From assembly GCF_018350175.1 (NCBI RefSeq), contig NC_058368.1, forward strand, positions 138,386,001-138,450,000: DNA of 64,000 nt. The letters run 5' to 3'. The first letter of the stretch is position 1, and each line of letters starts with the position of its first letter. This DNA comes from Felis catus (Eukaryota). Under the pieces are notes generated by a model. That model saw only the letters and a list, made by a program, of their open reading frames with translations, was not told the origin of the DNA and searched no databases. A program made the translations under genes and the position numbers. This document shows, in pieces, positions 63,171 to 64,000 of this stretch.

Positions 63171-63316
63171 GCATTTCTGGCTCCCGTCAAGATGGTGGGT
63201 TACCATGGCCTGCTGGTTTTTTTTTTTTTTTTCCTCTAGCATCAAATATAGAGGAACTACTGAAGTAAGAAGGAAATAAGGGTTTCTGGAAGTAAAGTGA
63301 GAAATCCTTGGGAGTC

Positions 63317-63324
<8 letters not shown>

Positions 63325-63374
<50 letters not shown>
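63325..63374. repeat. (TG)n microsatellite, ~24 units
   Basis: Long perfect run. Confidence 0.96.
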
Positions 63375-63375
<1 letters not shown>

Positions 63376-64000
63376 GGGAGCGGAGGGCTAGAGGCAGTTG
63401 TGGCTGCAGGCTGGACGTGGGGTCCCCCTAAGGCAGTTGGGAGAGGATAGGTCAGTGAAACAAAGTTCTGCTTTTGCAGATGGTTGCAGGATAATTCTTC
63501 ACCTGCCCCAGGGCCATAGACATAGGCCCTATCACTCAGACCACCACTATCCCAGTAATATCAAGATAGCAAAATGCTGCCGGGGAAAGCAGTTAATGAA
63601 TTTATTATTCTCTCCCTTCCAGTTAATTTCTTCTTCTTCTCTCTCTCATTTTCCAAGTCCCCAAATTTGGTGAATTTCCATATTAAAAAAACTGCCTTCT
63701 AATAATGCTGCTTCTTTCTAAGGGTTTAAGGAGACGCACATAAAGCAGGTCTTAGGTGTATGTAGCTTTAAGTATATTTATCAGGAAATAAGAATGGTTA
63801 AAAGCCAAAATTAGCCCAGGGTTTAACTCCCAAGTTAGAAAAAGGGTAACAACATTCAAGGAAGGAAATAATAAAGAACAGAAATGAATGAAATAGAACA
63901 TGTGTATATACTCTTACTCTCACGAGTGAGGAATAGAGGTTGACCAAGCTCAAAGTTTCTTTAGAAATATTCTTAATATTGACAGACTTCTAGAATGAAT

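Noticed and set aside
1..64000. CRISPR arrays, operons or other prokaryotic/viral coding systems
   Set aside because: Mammalian repeat-rich DNA; no regularly spaced repeat-spacer array and no internal ERV gag/pol/env sequence seen.

Overview
Mammalian non-coding DNA, almost certainly from a felid. About 30 tRNA-derived CanSINEs are present, many of the young SINEC_Fc type (GGGGCGCCTGGGTGGCGCAGTCGGTTAAGCGTCCG...). No protein-coding gene, RNA gene or processed pseudogene could be supported; the ORF track is explained by SINE, L1, L2 and LTR sequence or by chance. The window is rich in repeats: CanSINEs with target-site duplications (TSDs), old L1M/L2/MIR fragments, MaLR (MLT1) and ERVL (LTR16/LTR33-like) LTRs, a MER34-like solo LTR, two younger ERV solo LTRs, and hAT/Tc-mariner MITEs (MER3, MER5, MER33, MER82, MER104-like). 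Repeat family names come from my recall of consensus sequences, not from a search. The most notable unexplained structure is a diverged ~250-350 bp non-coding module present twice, about 5.05 kb apart (~16.6-16.9 kb and ~21.65-21.99 kb). Both copies keep an AP-1 site, a TAATTA and an identical 18-mer at matching spacing, suggesting a duplicated enhancer. Other points of interest are a young CpG-rich solo LTR with intact promoter signals (45720-46141), two SINEs inserted at one site inside a third, several nested insertions, two unrelated 69-bp tandem duplications, and repeat-free blocks that look regulatory. I could not identify the locus, and no new biological system is demonstrated.
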